39,741 nt of DNA from Pseudomonadota bacterium. Its GTDB lineage: Bacteria > Pseudomonadota > Alphaproteobacteria > Sphingomonadales > Sphingomonadaceae. Numbering within the stretch: position 1 is the stretch's first letter; each line of letters opens with the position of its first letter. Positions 1 through 7,878 of the stretch are shown here, in pieces. The stretch lies in contig JBCBHD010000001.1 in assembly GCA_038526115.1 (NCBI GenBank), positions 1 to 39,741 of the forward strand, written 5' to 3'. Made by a program: the position numbers and the translations under genes. Under the pieces are notes generated by a model. The model was not told the DNA's origin. It made no database searches and saw nothing but the letters and a program-made list of their open reading frames with translations.

Positions 1-30
1 ATCGTTGTGAGTGGCCGCCAGATCAATCAT
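1..30 (-). CDS. 5' end of the next RiPP-cluster gene (MIDLAATHND...), truncated by the window edge
   Basis: ATG at 30-28 overlaps the TGA (29-27) of the upstream gene as ATGA, and the frame stays open to position 1. The product cannot be identified from 10 codons. Confidence 0.6.
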   Translation of the reverse strand, partial: MIDLAATHND

Positions 31-1721
31 GCTGTTTCACCCGCCCACACAATTGCGTAACGCTTCGCGATTGCGCCAAAATCGAAATCAATCAGCCGAG
101 GCAAAGTTTCGTCGAACGGCTCTGATCCGGTTAATTGAAGCCCCAGATCGTTCGCCGCAGTCTTGTCCATCGGGCCGAGCACATGGGATACGCAAGCGTC
201 TCCCAAAGCTTCCAACAGCGCAGCTTGGGGCGAACCGGAACAAACCTGAGCCAGAATACTCCCGGCAATCAGAACCTTGGCAACATGGACTGTTCCAGCA
301 GCATCAGAGCCCGCCAGCACTTGGATGTCTTTATCAACCAGGAGGCCAAGCAATTGATGCAGTTTGTGCAGCGTTGGGTCTGCAAAGCCGTCAGCAGGCA
401 CCGGCGAAAAGGAAACGGTAGCGTCATTGTAGCCAGCTGTTGCCTTCGCGTTCGCCGCAGCTGCCTGTGCAGTTGTACCTGACCCCAGAGCACCAGCTTT
501 GCCCTCCAGAGACGGAGTACTTGCGCAATAGGCCAAGAGCGCTTTCTGGATCGCCCGTTCGCGCGCTTCGTGGCCGGTAAAGCCCCACCCCCTCACTTCG
601 CCAAGCGGCGAGCGATCAAGGGCTGAGAATACACGCAACTTAACGACAGAAAACGGAACCTGCGGACAATCCTCATCGATTGCCTCGACGATACCGGTGA
701 TAGGGTGAAAGAGCGCCTCGTCTTCAAGGAAGGCATCAGCTTCCTCTTCATCGTTGCGAGGCGCTGCTGACCCTTCAGTGCTGGCTGCTCCAGGAATTGC
801 CTCACCGATTTCAGGCTGAGCAGAAAGGGTGAGTGGTTCAAATCCAGAGTTTCCATCAACAACATGGAGCCTGCCGCTCGCGAGTGGAACTGCCAATCCG
901 GCTTCACGGCCGAGCGCAGCAAAAGCAGTCGCAGCAGCCGCCAGTGCGATGCGCTGATCGGGGATCGGTGTTTGAGCGAGCGCACCTTCCAGTGGCCGGA
1001 TGGAGCTCCGCCAACGGTCCAGCGTGACCTGTGGTCTTTCGTTGAGAAGTCCGACCGCAAGCTGACCACAAATTCTCCCGACAAACCACGTTTCCGAGGA
1101 GCTTGGCAGATCGCCAATGTCCTCATTATTGCCAGCGATATGCACCGTCAGAGCATCCGTAGGGGCCGAGTGTAGCGCGTCAGAGATCGTCAATTCCGGA
1201 AACCGACTGCGAAGTTCTGAAAGCGCATCAGCGAAAGCTGGATCAATTAGCGCTTCTGCGGCAGCTCCACGTAGCGATATACTCTGTGCCGCGGTTTCGG
1301 CGAGAGCTCGGATCATGTAAACAACGCTCTTGGGATCGCCGCTCAATACAATATTGCGCGATTGCCATGATTGCATGACCGACCCAGGCTTATCGCAATT
1401 GTCGGCGACGAAGCTCCAGAGATTGGCAAAGCGCCGTTCCAGGCCCAATTCCCAAACCGGATCATCATCATTACGATGCCGCAGAAGCTCATTGTCATCG
1501 AGATCCTGAACCAGCTTCGCTGCAACCGGGCGCACAGGATCCGGGAATTTTCCGAGCAAGGTCGGCAGTGCGATACCCTGATCCAGTCCCTGGATGATCA
1601 CGCGTGCCAGTTCGTAAGCTTTCTTGCCTCGCAACATGACCGGAGCACCACCGCCGCGAAACACCGCTCCATCTTCGCTACGGCCGAAAAATACGCTCGA
1701 TTTTAGAGACAGTTGTGCCAT
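27..1721 (-). CDS. Ocin-ThiF-like thiazole-bacteriocin maturation protein (TbtF-like partner of the YcaO cyclodehydratase) with N-terminal RRE
   Basis: N-terminus LKSSVFFGRSEDGAVFRG...LRGKKAYEL...LDQG...LVQDLDDNELLR fits the RRE of Ocin-ThiF proteins. The C-terminal half has the family pattern LFHPITGI...QVPFSV...GFTGHEARERA...ALLAY. SD AAGGAG lies 7 nt before ATG 1721 (alternative start 1724). Confidence 0.75.
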   Translation of the reverse strand: MAQLSLKSSVFFGRSEDGAVFRGGGAPVMLRGKKAYELARVIIQGLDQGIALPTLLGKFPDPVRPVAAKLVQDLDDNELLRHRNDDDPVWELGLERRFANLWSFVADNCDKPGSVMQSWQSRNIVLSGDPKSVVYMIRALAETAAQSISLRGAAAEALIDPAFADALSELRSRFPELTISDALHSAPTDALTVHIAGNNEDIGDLPSSSETWFVGRICGQLAVGLLNERPQVTLDRWRSSIRPLEGALAQTPIPDQRIALAAAATAFAALGREAGLAVPLASGRLHVVDGNSGFEPLTLSAQPEIGEAIPGAASTEGSAAPRNDEEEADAFLEDEALFHPITGIVEAIDEDCPQVPFSVVKLRVFSALDRSPLGEVRGWGFTGHEARERAIQKALLAYCASTPSLEGKAGALGSGTTAQAAAANAKATAGYNDATVSFSPVPADGFADPTLHKLHQLLGLLVDKDIQVLAGSDAAGTVHVAKVLIAGSILAQVCSGSPQAALLEALGDACVSHVLGPMDKTAANDLGLQLTGSEPFDETLPRLIDFDFGAIAKRYAIVWAGETA

Positions 1722-1737
1722 CATCCAGCTCCTTTCT

Positions 1738-2844
1738 TTACGCCGGAGCCAGCGCATCTTCGCCCACTGAGCGAAGATGAGCGAGCGTGACGAGGTGACA
1801 CATGCCGAAACGTTCAGCGGGAGAAACTGAGACGACCGGCAAGATCGAATAGAATGCGTTGATCAGAACCCGGTAGGTCTGGAATTCGCGTGAGCTGAAG
1901 AACTCATGATCCATCGTTCCGTTGTCGAAGATTGTATCGAGTGTTTCGCCCGCTTCTATCGCGCGCTCCTCCACACCTGCCTGGGCGAATGCATCGCGGT
2001 GCTGCTCCTCGGCAACGTTTCCTCGGAATGCACCAGGATTGTAGTAGAACCAGCTATCGTCCTTCTCGATGGCGGAGACGATGTCGTCTTTCGTGTCAGC
2101 CATCACCTGCTTCCAAGCGACGAAAATCTGCTGGACCACAGGAGCAAACCGTGCCTCAACGGCATCGCCTGGGCGCCCATCCATCACATGCGTAAACAGA
2201 TGCTGCGAGCTTTGCGCGATGCGATCAAAGTTCGCCCGGACCGCGCCGGTTTTGTCGTAATTGGCGAAGAAGAAATCGGCATGCGCCTGGAGCGACATGT
2301 AGCCTCGCTCAATGCCGTGGGGCTCAAGCTGATCAGCCGTGTGCGCCAGCATCGCCGCCAGAGCCAACGTAGTTGCGGACTTGTTTTCCTGCTTGAGCTC
2401 GGCGAGGTCGAGCAGGATTGGGGCTACGCGATTGAAGAACGCAACATACGTTGGCTGTAAGGCTTCGTGTCCATCCACCAGACGTGGCGCACGATATTCG
2501 GCAATCTCGACAGTGTTGTCCTTGCGCATTGGCGTCAATTCTTCGGTCACACCTTCCAGGGCCGCGAGCTTGCGCGAATGAGCGAGGTGCTCTTCCTCGG
2601 TGAAGGGAGAAACAGACGGGTTCGCAGCGATCCATCGTTCGATAAGCGACTTTTCTTCGGTCAAATCGACCGGCTCATCACTGCCAACTGAAAGATCAAT
2701 ATGAGGGCCTTTGACCCAGCCAGATCGTATAAGGACAGTGGCTGATGGATACCTCGCCCTCAGTTGATCATAGGCATCTCTGACCGGCCCCGTGAGCAAG
2801 GATAGACGGTCTTTCGCGTGATAATTTATGCGCAAACAAGCCAT
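1738..2844 (-). CDS. Thiopeptide pyridine synthase ([4+2] cyclase, TbtD-like; Lant_dehydr_C fold)
   Basis: Blocks are colinear with TbtD-type enzymes as I recall them: RINYHA, GWVKGPHIDL, NPS...RKLAALEG...PMRKDNTV, SLQAHADFF, FQTYRVLINAFY...SPAERFGMCHLV. Length 368 aa; lies directly downstream of the LanB gene. Confidence 0.75.
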   Translation of the reverse strand: MACLRINYHAKDRLSLLTGPVRDAYDQLRARYPSATVLIRSGWVKGPHIDLSVGSDEPVDLTEEKSLIERWIAANPSVSPFTEEEHLAHSRKLAALEGVTEELTPMRKDNTVEIAEYRAPRLVDGHEALQPTYVAFFNRVAPILLDLAELKQENKSATTLALAAMLAHTADQLEPHGIERGYMSLQAHADFFFANYDKTGAVRANFDRIAQSSQHLFTHVMDGRPGDAVEARFAPVVQQIFVAWKQVMADTKDDIVSAIEKDDSWFYYNPGAFRGNVAEEQHRDAFAQAGVEERAIEAGETLDTIFDNGTMDHEFFSSREFQTYRVLINAFYSILPVVSVSPAERFGMCHLVTLAHLRSVGEDALAPA

Positions 2845-2850
2845 TGAAAA

Positions 2851-5568
2851 CTATCCCTCTTCTCTGGAAATTTCGAATTGGACCTCGCAGGCATGCGCCG
2901 CGCCATTCCATTCTTGACCACCTGTTCCAATCTCCGGCAAAACCTCTTGGAACAGCAGGGCACGCGGACGGCGACGCAAACGTCGGCGCAGACTGGCTAC
3001 CGTCATTGGCATGTCGAGCGAGAGGTAAGCTGGTTTGAAATCCGTAGTGTCGGCCATTGCGACTTCGTCATCATCGCCTGATCCGAAGAAGTCATCACGC
3101 AACGCAACGAGACGTACAAAGTAGTCCTTACGATCGCCAAGCCGAGCAAAGAACGCGTGCATCTGCTTGAAGTATTCGGCTTCATCGAGCTGCGGATCAG
3201 GAAGATCGCGGGCAGGCGAAAACCAACTGCGGCGCGAGATCACGCTTTCGCCAAAGCTTACGCGCGGAAGCAGAGTGAGTTCACTCGTATTCAGCAAACC
3301 GGCAAAAAGCAGGTCTTGCCAAAGATCAAGCACCAGACCCTGAAGGTTCATCCGGCCCAACACCTGATAAAGGTTGGGCAGAACCATCATGTTCAGGAAG
3401 CCGAAATACATCGCTGAAAGTTTGCCGCCTTGAGCGTCGTAGAAGGCAAGCCGGTCAAGTTCAGGATCGTAGCCGACCTCCATGGTCGAGACGCTCACCT
3501 TCTCCGTAGAACCGTAGTTGGCTCGGCGACCAGGGATCTCGAGCTCAGCATCAACGAAACGTGGGTGAATATTGGCGTTGAAGCCGAATACTCCCGGAAT
3601 TTCGACCGGCCTGCCGCTCCCAGCGAGGCGATCAAGATACGAGCGAACCTCGCCGATCTCATCGTCAGATTGGTGGCGCAGGAACCGCGACATCAGCATG
3701 GAGTGGCCGCTGTACCAGCGGTTCAGAACAAACCGCTTGCCAGTTGCGCCGCCATCATCGGTCTGCCCGATCACGGTGTAGGAAGTCGAACGTTTGCGAA
3801 CAACTTCAGGGATATACGCCAACATGCGATCGACAAAGGCATCGTCCAGGACAATGTCTTTCCCAGCTTCCATCCGGCGCTGGATCTCCGCGAAGAAGAT
3901 ACGCTTACCTTCAAGGAGCTTCGCAGCTGTCGGGCATATCTCAGCGAGTTGCTTCTCTTGCTCTTCGAGCGGAAGAACAGTCATGCGAGTCGCAATTTCC
4001 TGTGCTTCATCGGCAATGGATTCAACACAGTCGACAGCTACAACCCGCGCATCATCTCCATATCTTTGACGGAAGAGTGCCGCCGAAACCGCCTGTACGA
4101 TATGATTATAATCGAGCAGCGGAAGAAGATCGGCATACCGGTGCAGATCGTTAAGAGCGGTACCGACATAATCAGTCGAAACGGCTGTGGTTTCCCCCGA
4201 TATCTGACAGTCTTCATAGAACAGAGGCGATTTCGGATCGTTCGGGATCTCAGCGTTGATCGCGTTGCAAAGCTCGCCATAGGCAGCGTGGATACTTTTC
4301 GAAGCCTCGCCACGTTCGGTGTGACTGGCCGCCCCATAAGCCTCGGTTTCCGATACGAGCCGGTCAAGGATGGCCGCCGCATCCGGGATGCGCTGTGCCA
4401 GAACCTTCGAAAGATAGGCTGGAACATCTTCTTGTTCGAAGACCGGGATTGAAGGAACAATCAGTCCAACCCGCATCGCATTGGCGATATAGCCTGCAAA
4501 CTGGTTGGGATCGTCCGGGAAAGGCTCGCCTTTGAGAGCCGCGAAGAGTTCCTGTAGAGTTTGGCCTTGTTTTTCAGCCATTTTGAGGTGCTCTACCAAC
4601 GCAAAGAGACGCGGGTTGAGAGCCAGCCGTTGCTGGGGCTGATACACGCCCCAAGTACGACCACTTGAGCCGCCTTTGGCGTACATTTCCTTGAAATCGA
4701 TATGCCCATCAGCGGCTTCAGCGGTGGGATTGAGCATCAATGGATGGCTCTGACCCCAAAATGCGAGACTCCGGGCTAGAGTTGCCAGCACATGGTCCAG
4801 CGCACGACGGCTCACCTCTGACACACCGACTATCGGCAGCCCGTCGACCACTGGATGTTGATCGGTCTCGTCAGTCCATTGACCGACGCGAATAGGCGTG
4901 AAGAAGCTGAGCGGGCTGACTTTGACAGTAGCGCGGGTGAAGTAATTAAACAGCGCGCTGTCCAGGTTTCTTCCGCGCTTGCCGGTAAATTTCTTTGGAT
5001 TTGCAGCAGCAGCCTCAAGATCCGCAACCACCTTGGGGGCGCTGAAGGCAACGGCTTTCAGGAAATCGGGTTCTTTGCGACAGGCCTCGCGCAAAGCTTG
5101 GCTCAATTGCTCGTTGCTCGATGTGAAAATAGTCTCGAAAGCCTCGCGAGCATCGGTCAGACCTGTGATAGCGTTGTCCGCTGTTCGAACCGCTTTGGCC
5201 ACAGGTGCGAACTCATCGGCCACCCATCCGTCACAATCCAACTTGCTCGTCTTGCCATTAAACAGGTTTCGCTTTGCCTTGAGCAATTGGCGGCGCTTGT
5301 CCTGATCCAGTTCATCGATGCCAATCACAGGCTCCAGCAGATCGCAGGCGACCTGTGCCGCATCGCTCTGCAACACCTCAAGAGCTTGAATGGAGTCCAA
5401 CTGGTCGCGAGCACCTTTGCTGTTCAACGCCTTGGTCGTGTCGAAAGACAGCGCAGCAAGCCGAAGGACAATGTGCGGGTGGTGCAGCAATGCCTGTTCT
5501 GTTTTTGTTGAAGAAAGCTCTTCATCAGGACTTTCGTCACGGGCTTCTACAAGCGTGAAATTATCCAT
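2851..5568 (-). CDS. Split lantibiotic dehydratase, tRNA-Glu-dependent glutamylation domain (TbtB-like)
   Basis: LanB motifs LRLAAL, YFTRATVKVSPLSFF, FYED, FNANIHP, LPRV...ISRRSW, FKPAYL, FQEVLP and terminal CEVQFE are present. About 905 aa, ending without an elimination domain. GAGGAG lies 8 nt before ATG 5568 (alternatives 5574/5577). Confidence 0.88.
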   Translation of the reverse strand: MDNFTLVEARDESPDEELSSTKTEQALLHHPHIVLRLAALSFDTTKALNSKGARDQLDSIQALEVLQSDAAQVACDLLEPVIGIDELDQDKRRQLLKAKRNLFNGKTSKLDCDGWVADEFAPVAKAVRTADNAITGLTDAREAFETIFTSSNEQLSQALREACRKEPDFLKAVAFSAPKVVADLEAAAANPKKFTGKRGRNLDSALFNYFTRATVKVSPLSFFTPIRVGQWTDETDQHPVVDGLPIVGVSEVSRRALDHVLATLARSLAFWGQSHPLMLNPTAEAADGHIDFKEMYAKGGSSGRTWGVYQPQQRLALNPRLFALVEHLKMAEKQGQTLQELFAALKGEPFPDDPNQFAGYIANAMRVGLIVPSIPVFEQEDVPAYLSKVLAQRIPDAAAILDRLVSETEAYGAASHTERGEASKSIHAAYGELCNAINAEIPNDPKSPLFYEDCQISGETTAVSTDYVGTALNDLHRYADLLPLLDYNHIVQAVSAALFRQRYGDDARVVAVDCVESIADEAQEIATRMTVLPLEEQEKQLAEICPTAAKLLEGKRIFFAEIQRRMEAGKDIVLDDAFVDRMLAYIPEVVRKRSTSYTVIGQTDDGGATGKRFVLNRWYSGHSMLMSRFLRHQSDDEIGEVRSYLDRLAGSGRPVEIPGVFGFNANIHPRFVDAELEIPGRRANYGSTEKVSVSTMEVGYDPELDRLAFYDAQGGKLSAMYFGFLNMMVLPNLYQVLGRMNLQGLVLDLWQDLLFAGLLNTSELTLLPRVSFGESVISRRSWFSPARDLPDPQLDEAEYFKQMHAFFARLGDRKDYFVRLVALRDDFFGSGDDDEVAMADTTDFKPAYLSLDMPMTVASLRRRLRRRPRALLFQEVLPEIGTGGQEWNGAAHACEVQFEISREEG

Positions 5569-5580
5569 CGTCATCACTCC

Positions 5581-6303
5581 TCACATCCAGGACAGGAAAC
5601 GACGGATCACGAGCAGGGAAATACCAGCCCAGATTAGCGAACCGACGACATTGATAAGAGCATCGGGTGTGAAGAGAGTGCCTTCAAAACCGGCAACCAA
5701 TACCCGGAGTGCGTGATAGCTGGGGGAGAAAACGTCGACGTATTCTGCCCAATCCAGCCATGGTCCCATGTCCGGCCTGGCGTCTGAGAAGAAGACCAGA
5801 ACATAGCTCAGCACTGAAGCCAGCGCGAACATTGATGCACTGCGATTGACGAAACAGGCCGGTATCAATCCAAACAGGAAAACTGCACCAGCTGCGACAG
5901 GGATCGCAATCAGTCCTTGAAGATAATTGACCTGCGGCAAAGCTCCGGTCATCGCGACTGCCAGTGCTGACAAAAGTGACAATCCGATCACCACCAGCAC
6001 GAAACCCCGGATCGCGTTCGATAGCGCAATTCCGACGGGGCTTATCTGGGTAACCAATATTCGCTTGTAAAAGCCGGCCTCTCTGTACGTCACAACTTGC
6101 GTCGCGAGCGTGAATGTCGCCACAAAGACCATGATCAGACCGATCATCAGCGGCAAGTAAAATGCCGCCGCCTCAGATCCGCCAGACACTATAGCCGAAC
6201 CATAGATCATGTTGGGCGCAAGGAAGGTGAAAAAGACCGCGATAAAGGTCTTGAAGAACAGTTCGAGCTCGAACCTCGAAAACGCGAGAAGTGACTGGAC
6301 CAT
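5581..6303 (-). CDS. ABC-2 type exporter permease
   Basis: About 6 hydrophobic segments and the ABC-2 signature YREAGFYKRILVT. Its start overlaps the ATPase stop (TAATG). Confidence 0.85.
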   Translation of the reverse strand: MVQSLLAFSRFELELFFKTFIAVFFTFLAPNMIYGSAIVSGGSEAAAFYLPLMIGLIMVFVATFTLATQVVTYREAGFYKRILVTQISPVGIALSNAIRGFVLVVIGLSLLSALAVAMTGALPQVNYLQGLIAIPVAAGAVFLFGLIPACFVNRSASMFALASVLSYVLVFFSDARPDMGPWLDWAEYVDVFSPSYHALRVLVAGFEGTLFTPDALINVVGSLIWAGISLLVIRRFLSWM

Positions 6304-7061
6304 TAAACTGCCTCCACCAGACGACTGTAGGCACCCTGCAACGTGGAAATTCCGTCGGGCATGCCCTCCAAAAGTGAGGGGACGCTGCCGTCAGCAACAA
6401 TTTGTCCCTGGGCGATAACGATGACGCGGCTGCACAGCCGTTCGACTTCGTCCATGAAATGACTGGTGAGCAGCAGAGTACGATCGCCATCGCGCTGCCA
6501 GTTCTCGACAAACGTCCAGAGCTCTTCGCGGGCGATTGGATCGAGACCGGTGCTGGGTTCATCCAGAATGAGAATTTCCGGATCATTGATCAGTGCGAAG
6601 GCGAGCAAGGCGCGTTGCTTCAAGCCTCCGGAGAGTTCGGAGAGCCGCTTTTTCAGGTGGTCGGTCAAGCCAAGGCGTTCGACCAGGTCTCCATAGTCGC
6701 GAGGCACCCCGTAAAGATCGGAGTAAAGCTTCATGTAGCGACCTACGCGAACATGCGGGAACAAGGCAGCTTCTTGCAGCTGTACGCCGATCGTCGAGAC
6801 AATTTTCGGGTTGCTCGGCACATCGTGGCCAAAGATGCTGACGCTGCCACTGGTTGCTTTGCGCAGGTTGACAATGATCTCGACTAGAGATGTTTTACCG
6901 GCGCCATTCTGACCGATAACTGCAGCCGCTTCACCGCGAGGAATAGAAAATGAAACATTGTCAAGCGCGGTCAGCTTGCCGTATTTTTTCGTGAGCGAAC
7001 GCACGGTTATCGCATCACTTCGCCGACCAATACCAAACGAACTAGGATCCTGTTGTATCAT
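6303..7061 (-). CDS. ABC exporter ATP-binding protein
   Basis: Walker A GQNGAGKT, signature LSGG, Walker B ILILDEP, H-loop TSH. GAGGA lies 8 nt before ATG 7061. Confidence 0.92.
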   Translation of the reverse strand: MIQQDPSSFGIGRRSDAITVRSLTKKYGKLTALDNVSFSIPRGEAAAVIGQNGAGKTSLVEIIVNLRKATSGSVSIFGHDVPSNPKIVSTIGVQLQEAALFPHVRVGRYMKLYSDLYGVPRDYGDLVERLGLTDHLKKRLSELSGGLKQRALLAFALINDPEILILDEPSTGLDPIAREELWTFVENWQRDGDRTLLLTSHFMDEVERLCSRVIVIAQGQIVADGSVPSLLEGMPDGISTLQGAYSRLVEAV

Positions 7062-7155
7062 GATCGGTGTCCTCATCTTGCGACGACAAAGCATCGCGTT
7101 GCCAAAAAAGTCGCTCTTGATGCGAAGTGCCTCTCCGCATCAGCTTGTCGGCAAA

Positions 7156-7450
7156 CCAATATAAGTAACTGACAATTATGTGATTTCTTGATCACGTAAA
7201 TTGTCTGACAGTTGTCTCTTCAGTTACATCCAGTCGTCTGCTCAACAGATCATTGGAATTTGGGCGTAAACAGGCCTACATTCGGTCTAAGTCGGTTCGA
7301 GTCGTAGGCTTCGGACCCAAATTATTGCCAAGCTGGCGAAACTGCGCCGGACGCTTGCGTCCACCAGACTTCACGCCCGACGCAGTTGGCTTGAGCAATT
7401 CCGGACCGGACGGGACGTGTCGCTTGCGATACGCGCCTGTCTGGTTCGGA
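7156..7450 (+). ncRNA. Candidate structured RNA: four abutting hairpins, antisense to the RiPP operon
   Basis: Hand-paired stems: 7165-7172/7220-7227, 7171-7177/7199-7205, 7257-7264/7316-7323, 7272-7279/7304-7311, 7340-7346/7381-7387, 7400-7414/7436-7450. Non-Watson-Crick pairs in the stems are G-U on the + strand, and there are two G(CUUG)C loops. Expression is not shown. Confidence 0.45.
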
Positions 7451-7467
7451 CCCTTAGCTCATCGGCT

Positions 7468-7665
7468 TCATTTCAGCTCGAACACACAGCACGATGTCGA
7501 ACCGCAGCATGAGCCGGAAGCACAAGAGCTGATGGCACTCGACGCGCCGGTTTCAGGCATTGCCATCGCGTCACCAAGAGCGATGACTTCGAGATCGGCA
7601 AAGTCCGACAGCTCGAATGATTCGTCGAACTGCGACATGTCGAATTGAATTGCTCCTTTAGTCAT
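7468..7665 (-). CDS. Thiopeptide-type precursor peptide 3 (65 aa; core SSAISSCASGSCCGSTSCC-VFELK)
   Basis: Acidic leader ending LEVIALGDAMAMPETGA, Ser/Cys-rich C-terminus, SD TAAGGA; paralog of the two upstream genes. Confidence 0.9.
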   Translation of the reverse strand: MTKGAIQFDMSQFDESFELSDFADLEVIALGDAMAMPETGASSAISSCASGSCCGSTSCCVFELK

Positions 7666-7675
7666 TGCTCAGTCC

Positions 7676-7867
7676 TTACTTGAAGACGCAGCAGGACGTT
7701 GAAGCGCAGCACGAGCAAGAATTGCACGAGCTGATGCCGCTCGACGCGCCAGTTTCAGGCATCGCCATTGCATCGCCCAGGGCGACGACTTCGAGATCGG
7801 CAAAGTCAGACATTTCCGAAGCAAGATCGAAAGTATCGACGTCGAAGTTAAGAGCTTCTGCTTTCAT
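7676..7867 (-). CDS. Thiopeptide-type precursor peptide 2 (63 aa; core SSGISSCNSCSCCASTSCC-VFK)
   Basis: Start MKAEALNFD at 7867 with TAAGGA 8 nt upstream. A 48-residue block is identical to precursor 1. Confidence 0.9.
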   Translation of the reverse strand: MKAEALNFDVDTFDLASEMSDFADLEVVALGDAMAMPETGASSGISSCNSCSCCASTSCCVFK

Positions 7868-7878
7868 GTTCTTCATCC

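Noticed and set aside
7156-7450. Structured block as a cluster-encoded tRNA-Glu for LanB, or as RNase P, tmRNA, SRP or 6S RNA
   Set aside because: I see no cloverleaf of tRNA size and none of the conserved signatures of those RNAs. An Rfam scan is needed to exclude them formally.
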